Positions 9,730 through 17,992 of a stretch of 64,000 bases of DNA are shown piece after piece. The stretch is from contig CAVRJM010000001.1 in the NCBI GenBank assembly GCA_963722075.1, positions 32,001-96,000 of the forward strand, written 5' to 3'. The DNA comes from Candidatus Babeliales bacterium (GTDB lineage: Bacteria; Babelota; Babeliae; Babelales; JANWKD01). Position numbers and translations under genes: made by a program. Below the pieces are notes generated by a model that searched no databases, had not been told where the DNA came from, and was given only the letters and a program-made list of their open reading frames with translations. Numbering within the stretch: position 1 is the first letter of the stretch; every line of letters begins with the position of its first letter.

Positions 9730-11340
9730 TTAGAAAACAGCTCTAAAAGTCCCCATATAGGTGCTAGAACGATATGCATTACGCTGGGCTACCGGGAACT
9801 GAGCAAAGAGTCCTAATTGCAGATTTGGCGAAATATCATAGTATAATGAGGTATTTACAAATTGGGAAACAAACTTAGTGGTACATTCTGCCTGTTTTAT
9901 GATAAATGCTGGATCGGGGCTTACCAGTGAAATATGATCTTGCTCATGTTTTACAAAGACATATTCAGCAAACGCCGATAATCGATCTACAAAATGATAA
10001 GCATTAAATACAGCCCGGAAATTGAAGTTAAGGCCCGGTGCCACATCAACTGCTGCAAAGAATGGAAAGATTCCTTGCTGATAGACATCAGTGGGCAAAT
10101 TATAATGGTTAATGGTGCGTGGGAAAAAGTAGTTAAGGCCGCCATAAAATCCGATTTCCACTGTTTCAACAAAATCAATATCGAAGCCAGCATCAAAACC
10201 AACTGACCAATGCCCATCATTACCAAATGGTAAGGAATACAGCTGCAGGCGTTCTTTTGGCTTTGCTGATGGAATAACAAAATTAAATTCCAAGGAAGGC
10301 ATGAGTAGAAAATAAGCCCAACTGCAGCGATCACGATTAATTTCATAAATATGGCGCCACCAAAAAATAAAGCGGACATCTTCAAATGAGGTTTTTTCAA
10401 AATTACAATCATCAAAACCAATTTGTCTAAAAATTGCACTTGCTCTGCTTGCTTGCATCAGTTGGTTTTCAATCTCTATATACGGATTAGTACAAGAGGA
10501 GGTTATACTCGAATCAGGATTTTCTGCGGGGCATAAACTTGGATCGCATATATCGCACATGGAATAGGTATTGCTTGGCAGTAATACAGGAATATTTCTA
10601 AAAAAGTTATTTCCAAATGGTTGGCCTGGACATAAGGGGCTTGGACAATTGCCGCTCGGATAAGCCATTTGTTCATTTTCAGGGGGAATATTTGGGGTAC
10701 GGTCAAGAAGCGCTGTAACGGTTTGGCGGATTTCAGAAACACCGCCTTGAATGGTAAGCCCTATATCGCAAAACAGAAGCCAATCAAATTGCACGCGCGC
10801 ACCAATTTTACGATAATGGATAGGGACGCTAAAAAAACCGATATTTTGACTGCTGTCAGTGATTACGTAATCATTCGTATCGGTGATAATAATATCTTCA
10901 AAGGATACGGGAACGGGGACAGTGGTTCCCGGGCGAGGAAGTAATGATTGCATAAGATCAGAAAAAATATGTAGTTTAGCGACCCCCAATTGAGTATTTT
11001 GTAGAGACTCACCTATGGGTAAGGGGCCATATAGCATCCCCAACATATTCCATGGGCCAGCAAGATCTCCCAGTAAGCGCTGATCATGGGCAAAATCGCG
11101 CCCGCTCTTAGCTTTTTGATCGAATGCTGAGATTGCTAATGCCCATGTTTCTGAATCACAACATACTTCATTACAACCAATAATCCATTCTTTTTCCCAA
11201 CGGCTTAAATAGGGATCATAAATAGCATTATATACAGGATATGGGTCGTTATTTGCTAAAGAACTCAGAGCCGATAATGAATTATTAAAGAAAATACTGA
11301 TAAACAGAATAATTAGATAGGGCTTCATTAACCAAGTCAT
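9730..11340 (-). CDS. Secreted Cys-rich protein, putative outer-membrane beta-barrel
   Basis: Signal peptide, amphipathic strands, C-terminal YMGTFRAVF; resembles 30224..32041. Confidence 0.6.
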   Translation of the reverse strand: MTWLMKPYLIILFISIFFNNSLSALSSLANNDPYPVYNAIYDPYLSRWEKEWIIGCNEVCCDSETWALAISAFDQKAKSGRDFAHDQRLLGDLAGPWNMLGMLYGPLPIGESLQNTQLGVAKLHIFSDLMQSLLPRPGTTVPVPVSFEDIIITDTNDYVITDSSQNIGFFSVPIHYRKIGARVQFDWLLFCDIGLTIQGGVSEIRQTVTALLDRTPNIPPENEQMAYPSGNCPSPLCPGQPFGNNFFRNIPVLLPSNTYSMCDICDPSLCPAENPDSSITSSCTNPYIEIENQLMQASRASAIFRQIGFDDCNFEKTSFEDVRFIFWWRHIYEINRDRCSWAYFLLMPSLEFNFVIPSAKPKERLQLYSLPFGNDGHWSVGFDAGFDIDFVETVEIGFYGGLNYFFPRTINHYNLPTDVYQQGIFPFFAAVDVAPGLNFNFRAVFNAYHFVDRLSAFAEYVFVKHEQDHISLVSPDPAFIIKQAECTTKFVSQFVNTSLYYDISPNLQLGLFAQFPVAQRNAYRSSTYMGTFRAVF

Positions 11341-11422
11341 TACTCACCTTTCTGGACGAAATCAGATTTTGATATTATATAGCATCTTTATCCTGTAGCC
11401 GTCAACTCCCGTAAATCATAAA

Positions 11423-12628
11423 TTAGGTAAGAAAAAAAACTTCTTCAAAGGAAAAATATAATATAACCAAAGCAGTAATAAGTCCTAAAATTGTTTTAAT
11501 ATTTTGACCTGATTGCCATTCTTTTTTATTGAGCAAAAGCGTTACCATAGAACTAATGAAGGCACCAATAAGAAATATATCAGTTAAGCTAAAAAAAAGT
11601 TCGATACGGCTGATAGTGTAAAATGGAATAAAAATGGCAATTCCCATAGCTATTATAGCAGTTCGATTGGTAATTAACTGATGCTGAAAGGCATTTTTTA
11701 TTACGGTTGATTTACACTTATGCAAATACGTAATCAATAACGTGCTTGCTGACCAAAGCATAGAATGAATGGTTCCCAAAAGAGCAGAAATTATAGAAAG
11801 TTGAATCAGCGTTAAAAGCCAACGATGGGTTGGTAATACATTTTCTAAAATAGTTCGCAGTGAAAGGTTTGGATCGGTAAAATATGAAGCAGGAACTGCA
11901 TAAATAATTGATCCGACAAATACCATATATAAAGTGCCAACTAATAAAATTGAATACCGTAAAGCGCGTGGGACATTTTTTTCCGGATATTCAACGATAT
12001 TAAAAAGGGATGCGGCGCATTCAAATCCAAAAAAGCCAAAAATAACCGCTTTGGTAGCGCTTAAAACGTTACCCATTCCATACGGGAAAAAGGGATGCAA
12101 GTTACTACTATTACCATGCCATAAGCAAATAAGGGTGGTCATAATAATAGGTGAAATGGTACAAATAATGAGAATAATTTGGCCAATTTGAGAGATGGTT
12201 ACGCCAAAAATATTAAATATGACTAAAGAAATTAAAACAATAACTCCCCACATAAAGCTTGAAAGGTATGGTAAAAATTCATGAATATAGCTACCGGCCA
12301 TTTGTGTTAAAAGGCCCATAGCAATAATGAGCCCAATAAGATATGAGCCGGCAGTTAGAAGGCCAGCTATATGGCCACCCCATTGATATGCATAGGTATA
12401 AAATGAACCTTCCTTAGGATATAAATATGCAAGGCGAGCTAATGAAGTACCCATGAACCACACAGCGATAATTACAAATAGGTAGGTAAGCAATCCTGCG
12501 GGCCCTACAAATGAACCGAGCGCAGCGGGTACGCTAAAAATGCCCGCACCAATCATGGCATTCATTCCTATTATAGTGGCGGTGGCAACACCAATTTTAT
12601 TAAGTTGATTAGACATTTTTGTTCCCAT
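11423..12628 (-). CDS. APC-family amino acid permease
   Basis: MIGAGIFSVP, EGSFYTY, FGFFGFE, PEKNVPRA. Confidence 0.9.
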   Translation of the reverse strand: MGTKMSNQLNKIGVATATIIGMNAMIGAGIFSVPAALGSFVGPAGLLTYLFVIIAVWFMGTSLARLAYLYPKEGSFYTYAYQWGGHIAGLLTAGSYLIGLIIAMGLLTQMAGSYIHEFLPYLSSFMWGVIVLISLVIFNIFGVTISQIGQIILIICTISPIIMTTLICLWHGNSSNLHPFFPYGMGNVLSATKAVIFGFFGFECAASLFNIVEYPEKNVPRALRYSILLVGTLYMVFVGSIIYAVPASYFTDPNLSLRTILENVLPTHRWLLTLIQLSIISALLGTIHSMLWSASTLLITYLHKCKSTVIKNAFQHQLITNRTAIIAMGIAIFIPFYTISRIELFFSLTDIFLIGAFISSMVTLLLNKKEWQSGQNIKTILGLITALVILYFSFEEVFFLT

Positions 12629-12766
12629 AGTAAATTAATAATATTTTTTAAGAATATAAGAATATAAGAATTTGTAAAAGTCCCAGAAAAGAGGCAGATG
12701 AAATTACTGAATAATTATTGTATAATTGTATAATAAACAGTTGCGCATTTTATTTTAAGGAGGATT

Positions 12767-13359
12767 ATGAGATTTTTATTGTTTCTATTTGTAATGGCTA
12801 TGCCTGGGTTGATATATACGATGAGTTCTAGGGAAAAATTATACGCTAAAAATCCACACTGGCGCCAACTTCACTTACATGCAATGTACAATGGTTTGTA
12901 TCAGGCTGCAAGAAAGAATGAGCTTGTTTCTATTAGTGACCCCAAAAAAAATCTATTAGCAAAAATATTTATAGATTATGGTGATAATACCAAACAGCAT
13001 ATAAAGTATTTAAAACAAATGAATAAAAAACAGATCAACGGCTTAAAACAGAAAACTGCTAATAAAAATATTTTCCGTGATCTAGTGGTATTTTAGCAGG
13101 AGCGGTCTTATATGCACGTCGTTTTTTGATAACAGAAAATAATAGTTTTTTGACCTAAATTGCGCAATTACCAGTTTCTCAAGAAACAACACGAACATTT
13201 TTTAATTATTCTGGTATTGCTTTGGGAGCATTATGTGGTTACAAATGTTTGAAGGGATTCTATAATTGGCTGTTTATTAATAACCATATGGATGAATTAA
13301 AAAGACATAGAAACATTAAAGTGTGGCTTAAAGATATGCCATTGCAACAAGATTTATGA
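12767..13359 (+). pseudogene. Disrupted secreted two-TM protein (paralog of 13356 and 14877)
   Basis: ORF 12767..13096 continues in another frame from about 13081 (SSGILAGAVLY...T*IAQ...GIALGALCGY...KRHRNIKVWLKDMP) to TGA 13359, overlapping the next ATG. Confidence 0.6.
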
Positions 13360-13889
13360 AAAAAATAATCATACTGCCTTTGCTATTATCTAGTTCTTAT
13401 CTTTATGCAATAACTACCGGAAATTCTACGTATAAAAAAATTTACCAAGCGTTTTCTAAGCCAATAAATGAAAATGAATATTATGGGCGTTCTGCTACTC
13501 GCTTTTTCCCCACTAAACGATTAGAAGAGATTTGTCGGGAGAAAATTGAAAAATTAGAATCAAAAATAAAGAAAAATGAGAAAACTGATCCAACCACCTT
13601 ACGAAAGATAAATGTAGGTGGGTTATGGACAGGAATTAGTATTGCTGCAGGCTTTGTTAATTGGAAATATGCACCGTATTCTTCTGCGAATCAAATCAAT
13701 GCATTGCAATATACAATAACAAGCACTTGCATTTTACTTGCCATGTATGGCGGATATTATTCCGTTAAAAATATGTTCACTTTATTTAGATGGAAAAAGA
13801 ATAAAGATAAAATTAATAATTATCAGATGCGATTAGAAACTCATAATAAAGTGATGAAGTGGCTACAAGGCGGAATGATTTTTGATTGA
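13356..13889 (+). CDS. Hypothetical secreted protein with two TM segments
   Basis: Signal peptide, coiled coil, hydrophobic hairpin, C-terminal HNKVMKWL. Confidence 0.75.
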   Translation: MKKIIILPLLLSSSYLYAITTGNSTYKKIYQAFSKPINENEYYGRSATRFFPTKRLEEICREKIEKLESKIKKNEKTDPTTLRKINVGGLWTGISIAAGFVNWKYAPYSSANQINALQYTITSTCILLAMYGGYYSVKNMFTLFRWKKNKDKINNYQMRLETHNKVMKWLQGGMIFD

Positions 13890-14086
13890 TTATTTCCAAT
13901 CATTAATAGTTTCAATGCGATCAAGATCTTTTTCGGGCTTCAGCGTAAGCTTTTTTTAAAAGTAGGGTTTTAAGGGCTTTATTAAGAGCGACGAGACAAA
14001 AGCATTTAATTCTTTTTCTCCAACAAGCTTATGCAGTAATTTATTCGTTTCGGTTGAAATTGAAAAGTAACATTTATGTTTTTCAT
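13890..14086 (-). pseudogene. Decayed ribbon-helix-helix antitoxin-like gene
   Basis: AGGAG SD, then MKNINVTF/SISTETNKLLHKLVGEKELNAFV/ALNKALK/KKAYAEA/EKDLDRIETINDWK across several frameshifts. Confidence 0.45.
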
Positions 14087-14103
14087 GATAACTCCTCTCT
14101 ATT

Positions 14104-14529
14104 TTATATAACTAGATCAATAGAAAGCTCAGGATATATTTTTTTGATCATCGAAATAATTTTTAAGCTCGGATTGCAATTTTTAGTTTCTAGACGTTGA
14201 TAACTATAAATAGTATCAAAACCCATTTTTTCAGCAGCTTCTTTTTGAGTAAGCCCATGTTTGATTCGCCAATAGCGTACAAGAAATGAGAATGCTATTT
14301 GAGGATCGACTGGAACAGTAACAACATTTTTTGAAGTTTTTATGGATTTACTTGGTAATTTTGCAAGATCTTTGGAGTTAGATGGCTCTTGTATATAAAG
14401 ATTTAAAGCTTCTTGCATATTTGTTTGCAGTTCTTCTAAGGTATCGCCTTCAGTAATACAGCCAGGAAGCTCTATACATTGCGCCCAAAAACCGCCGTTT
14501 TCTTTATGAATTTTAAAATGATATTCCAT
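14104..14529 (-). CDS. hicB: HicB antitoxin with C-terminal HTH
   Basis: ELPGCITEGDTLEE...EALNLY; LTQKEAAEKMG. Confidence 0.9.
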   Translation of the reverse strand: MEYHFKIHKENGGFWAQCIELPGCITEGDTLEELQTNMQEALNLYIQEPSNSKDLAKLPSKSIKTSKNVVTVPVDPQIAFSFLVRYWRIKHGLTQKEAAEKMGFDTIYSYQRLETKNCNPSLKIISMIKKIYPELSIDLVI

Positions 14530-14531
14530 AA

Positions 14532-14728
14532 TTATTCCCCTTTAGTTATAGTTTCTAATAACTTTCTCAAAGCATGTTCTGTCCCTTTTTTTAATTCTTT
14601 ATGATCTGGGATAATAATAGTAGGACAACCGCTTTTTTTTATTTAATATGACTCCCTTTGCCACCGGCTACTATTTTATATCCTGCTTTTAAAAAAAGCT
14701 TGCATAAATCGTTCCCACTTATAGGCAT
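14532..14728 (-). pseudogene. hicA: HicA toxin, frameshifted
   Basis: MPISGNDLCKLFLKAGYKIVAGGKGSHIK then TAA; adding one T restores LKKSGCPTIIIPDHKELKKGTEHALRKLLE. Confidence 0.8.
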
Positions 14729-14760
14729 AATCATTATCCTTAGAAGTCTATTTAATAAGA

Positions 14761-14790
14761 AGTATACCAAATATAGTTGGTATGATTCAA
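14761..14790 (-). promoter_or_regulatory. hicAB promoter with inverted-repeat operator
   Basis: TTGAAT-N18-TATACT; ataccaa-N6-ttggtat at 14764-14783. Confidence 0.65.
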
Positions 14791-14876
14791 GAGGCAAAAA
14801 TGATCTTTGATTGATCAAATCAGCAATTTAGAGCTATACTATTTAAAATTCATATTAGTAGCAGAAGGGTATCCCC

Positions 14877-15560
14877 ATGAATAAAATAATAGCTTTGATA
14901 TTAATAATTACTTCTTATATACCAGGTGTGTTTTCTTACGAATTTGATGACCTTTCTTGGGAATTCAAACAAACAATGATTGATGCAATCAATGATTCTA
15001 AAAAAAAGGAAAATAAATCAAAAAAAATAGCGCAAAAATCTAATAAAAATGAATTTTCTTCTCAATCTTCTACCGCTGATCAACCCACAAATTCTTTCGA
15101 ATCACAAAAGCCAATACAAGTAAATACTGAAACAGAATATTCTTACAAGCCGCTATTAACCTACGATGAATTAATGGTTCATTTTGATCACTACAAAGAT
15201 GGAAAACAATTAAGTAATTTTAAAGTAGATAAAGAATTATTATTAGCTCGTGCACACAATGAAATAAAATATTTGGATACATTAGCCAAGGAAGCAGGAA
15301 GTCAAGGCCGTTATGTAGCTAGAATACTTATTACAGGAGGGGCAGCGCTTTGTGCCGTATTGCCATGGATTGCAGTTCTATGTGGATATTCGATTGATAC
15401 TAAGCATGGGCTGTGTTGGAGTGGTGGAAGTATTTTAGTTGGTGGATATGCTGGCAAAGAGGCATTAGAAGCTAAAAAAGCATGGGATACCAATAAGAAA
15501 TTTATTGCAATAAAAAATAAGCATATTGAACTACGCGATTGGTTACAAAATCTGCCATGA
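14877..15560 (+). CDS. Hypothetical secreted protein with two TM segments
   Basis: Signal peptide, hydrophobic hairpin, C-terminal HIELRDWL. Confidence 0.75.
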   Translation: MNKIIALILIITSYIPGVFSYEFDDLSWEFKQTMIDAINDSKKKENKSKKIAQKSNKNEFSSQSSTADQPTNSFESQKPIQVNTETEYSYKPLLTYDELMVHFDHYKDGKQLSNFKVDKELLLARAHNEIKYLDTLAKEAGSQGRYVARILITGGAALCAVLPWIAVLCGYSIDTKHGLCWSGGSILVGGYAGKEALEAKKAWDTNKKFIAIKNKHIELRDWLQNLP

Positions 15561-15812
15561 AATTATGTGCTTATTACCAAGCGCAAGTAAAAAGATCTGA
15601 TACCTGGTTTTTAACCGCAACGTTGCGCAGTTTTGAACATCTTTGCTTTGATCGGGCGCTAAAAAAAGAAGAATAGTTTATTTGAATTTTTTGTACCGCA
15701 CGATTTGGAAACATATTTTTTAACGGTAATGGAGTATTACCAACAACAAGGTATTATAACTGAGTTTAAAAGAGTTCCTAATAGATTAGAAAATCCAGAA
15801 GAACAAGTGTAA
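15557..15812 (+). pseudogene. Small hypothetical gene interrupted at an A7 run
   Basis: ATGA-coupled MKLCAYYQAQVKRSDTWFLTATLRSFEHLCFDRAL, then the +1 frame KKNSLFEFFVPHDLETYFL...VPNRLENPEEQV*. Confidence 0.55.
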
Positions 15813-15925
15813 CAATGGAAAGAATAATTAGATGATAAAAAAACTATTCATAGTTTTATCGCTCGTAATGATTTTTGCAAATCTATCGCAAGTGAGAAAT
15901 CTTTTCTTTTGCAATGATTTAATAT

Positions 15926-17368
15926 TTATACAAATTTTTCCAAACGTCTCTTACTTTCTTGCGGTCCCAAAATAGTAATAATATCTTTAATTGCTGGCCC
16001 ATGAATAGATCCGGTAAGTAATAATCGTAAAATAGTAAAGAGTAATTTGATTGGAATTTGAGCAGTTTTGGCATCACTTTTGAGCTGCTCTAAAAACTGA
16101 TCAGCATTTTCAATAGTACTCAGATGTTTAGTAATAATAGCTTGTAAGGTTGGCTGCAAATCTACCGGAATATGTTCTAAAATGGTTTCCTTAGAAAGAA
16201 TCGGTTCTTCAAAATAGAAATGCAATTTTGCCACCGCATCGTTGAGCGTAGTTAATTCAGATTTGATGACTTGTAGCAAATTAATCAACTGATGATGTTC
16301 AATATTTTTTATTTGTGGATATGCCGCTTGAATATACGGCAAGGTGCGTTGTGCTAATTGTTCAGGATCATAATGCTGTATCCATTTATGATTAACCCAT
16401 TTTAATTTTTCTACATCATATTTAACTGAGCTGGTTGGCTTAATATGATCAAATGGCATGGCTTTAATAAGTTCTTGCATGCTCATAATTTCATGTTCGA
16501 ATGAACCGCCACCGATGATTGCTAAATAATTAGTAATTGCTTCCGGTAAAAAGCCATTATTTTTTAAATCATTAAGGGAGAAGCCAAAATCTCTTTTGGA
16601 TAGTTTTTTCCCATCAACATTACAAATAATAGGCAAATGCCAAAAGAGTGGCGCTTTTACGCCAAATGTTTCATATAAAACAATTTGGCTGGCCGTGTTT
16701 GAAAGATGATCTTCGCCACGCAGTACGTAGCTTATATTCATAAGCATATCATCGACACAATTGGCAAATATAAAGGTGAAGGTGCCATCAGATCTGCTTA
16801 CGGGGAAGTCAGAAAAATGGTTCATATCAAAATTAATAACATCATGGGCCAAGTCATGAACAGCAGCCACATAATCTTCAGGGATTTTAAAACGCCAAAT
16901 GAAGGGAATGCCTTCTTTTAAATTAATTTCAATTTGTTCTGAAGTTAATTTAAGACAGGTGCGATCGTAGCGAGGTGCAATTTTAAGGGCTATCGATCGG
17001 GCACGTTTGCGTTCTAATTCTTCTGGGGTACAGAAACAGCGGTATACCGCGTTTTTATCCTTGAGAAAATCCAGTTGGCTTTGATAAATAGCCGTACGCT
17101 CCGATTGGTAATAAGGAGCATAAGGACCTCCTTTTTGAGCCCCTTCATCATACGTTAAACCTAACCAGGCTAAATCCAGTAATATTTGTTGAGCCTGAGG
17201 GTCAAAATTACGATCGGGATCGGTATCTTCAATACGGATAATGAAAGAACCGTGTTTTTGCTGTGCAAATAGATAATTTAATAAGGCGGTACGAACGTTG
17301 CCTAAATGCATAATTCCGGTAGGAGAAGGCGCAAATCGTACACGAATAAGATTATTTTGAGTTTCCAT
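15926..17368 (-). CDS. gltX: Glutamate--tRNA ligase
   Basis: RFAPSPTG.MHLGN, RIEDTD, RGEDH, KLSKR. Confidence 0.97.
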   Translation of the reverse strand: METQNNLIRVRFAPSPTGIMHLGNVRTALLNYLFAQQKHGSFIIRIEDTDPDRNFDPQAQQILLDLAWLGLTYDEGAQKGGPYAPYYQSERTAIYQSQLDFLKDKNAVYRCFCTPEELERKRARSIALKIAPRYDRTCLKLTSEQIEINLKEGIPFIWRFKIPEDYVAAVHDLAHDVINFDMNHFSDFPVSRSDGTFTFIFANCVDDMLMNISYVLRGEDHLSNTASQIVLYETFGVKAPLFWHLPIICNVDGKKLSKRDFGFSLNDLKNNGFLPEAITNYLAIIGGGSFEHEIMSMQELIKAMPFDHIKPTSSVKYDVEKLKWVNHKWIQHYDPEQLAQRTLPYIQAAYPQIKNIEHHQLINLLQVIKSELTTLNDAVAKLHFYFEEPILSKETILEHIPVDLQPTLQAIITKHLSTIENADQFLEQLKSDAKTAQIPIKLLFTILRLLLTGSIHGPAIKDIITILGPQESKRRLEKFV

Positions 17369-17516
17369 AAGATCAATTATTAAGCTTTTTTATATTTAGT
17401 TTAACGGATAGTTTTTTTAAGTCTAGAATTGAAATTTATTCCTTTTTTTTGACATTAATTCAGTCGATTTGTTAAGTTTGCGTCCAAAGGAATAAAAATA
17501 AAAAGGAGAGAGTATC

Positions 17517-17792
17517 ATGGCACAATGTTTGCGTATTAGTTTTACCGGTGATGTACCTACAGCTTTTTTACAGAATATTATTCAAAAAAACGCCAAAAAA
17601 CTACACCTGGAAGGAACGGCTGAAATGAATAATAATACAATATTAATTGTAGTATGTGGCTTAAAAGAATCGATTGATGAATTTGTTGATATACTCCATA
17701 AAGAGATAATGAAAAAATCTGCGGAAAATTTAGAAATCGAACCATTTATTAAGGAAAAAGATTATAGAGGGGTTTTCAGAATTATAGAATGA
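17517..17792 (+). CDS. Acylphosphatase-like protein
   Basis: AKKLHLEGTA...IVVCG...IDEFVD...FRIIE pattern; catalytic motif degenerate. Confidence 0.55.
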   Translation: MAQCLRISFTGDVPTAFLQNIIQKNAKKLHLEGTAEMNNNTILIVVCGLKESIDEFVDILHKEIMKKSAENLEIEPFIKEKDYRGVFRIIE

Positions 17793-17992
17793 CGGAGCAA
17801 CACGTCATTTTATGGCATGTACAATCACTTATGATACACTATTGAACATAAGTATTATACTTCAATAGGATTTTAGGTGATTTATCAAATTAACCGCTTG
17901 CACCTTACATTTATTATTTTTTTTTCTTTTTTTTTCGAATTTATGGTTCCGAAAATACAGAACAAATAGTAGACCTAAATAGTACCCAAACT

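Noticed and set aside
12649..12672. Short tandem repeat (taagaata)x3
   Set aside because: Low-complexity AT-rich intergenic sequence; no supportable function
15661..15668. AAAAAAAG as a programmed -1 frameshift site
   Set aside because: The coding continuation is in the +1 frame; the -1 frame closes quickly
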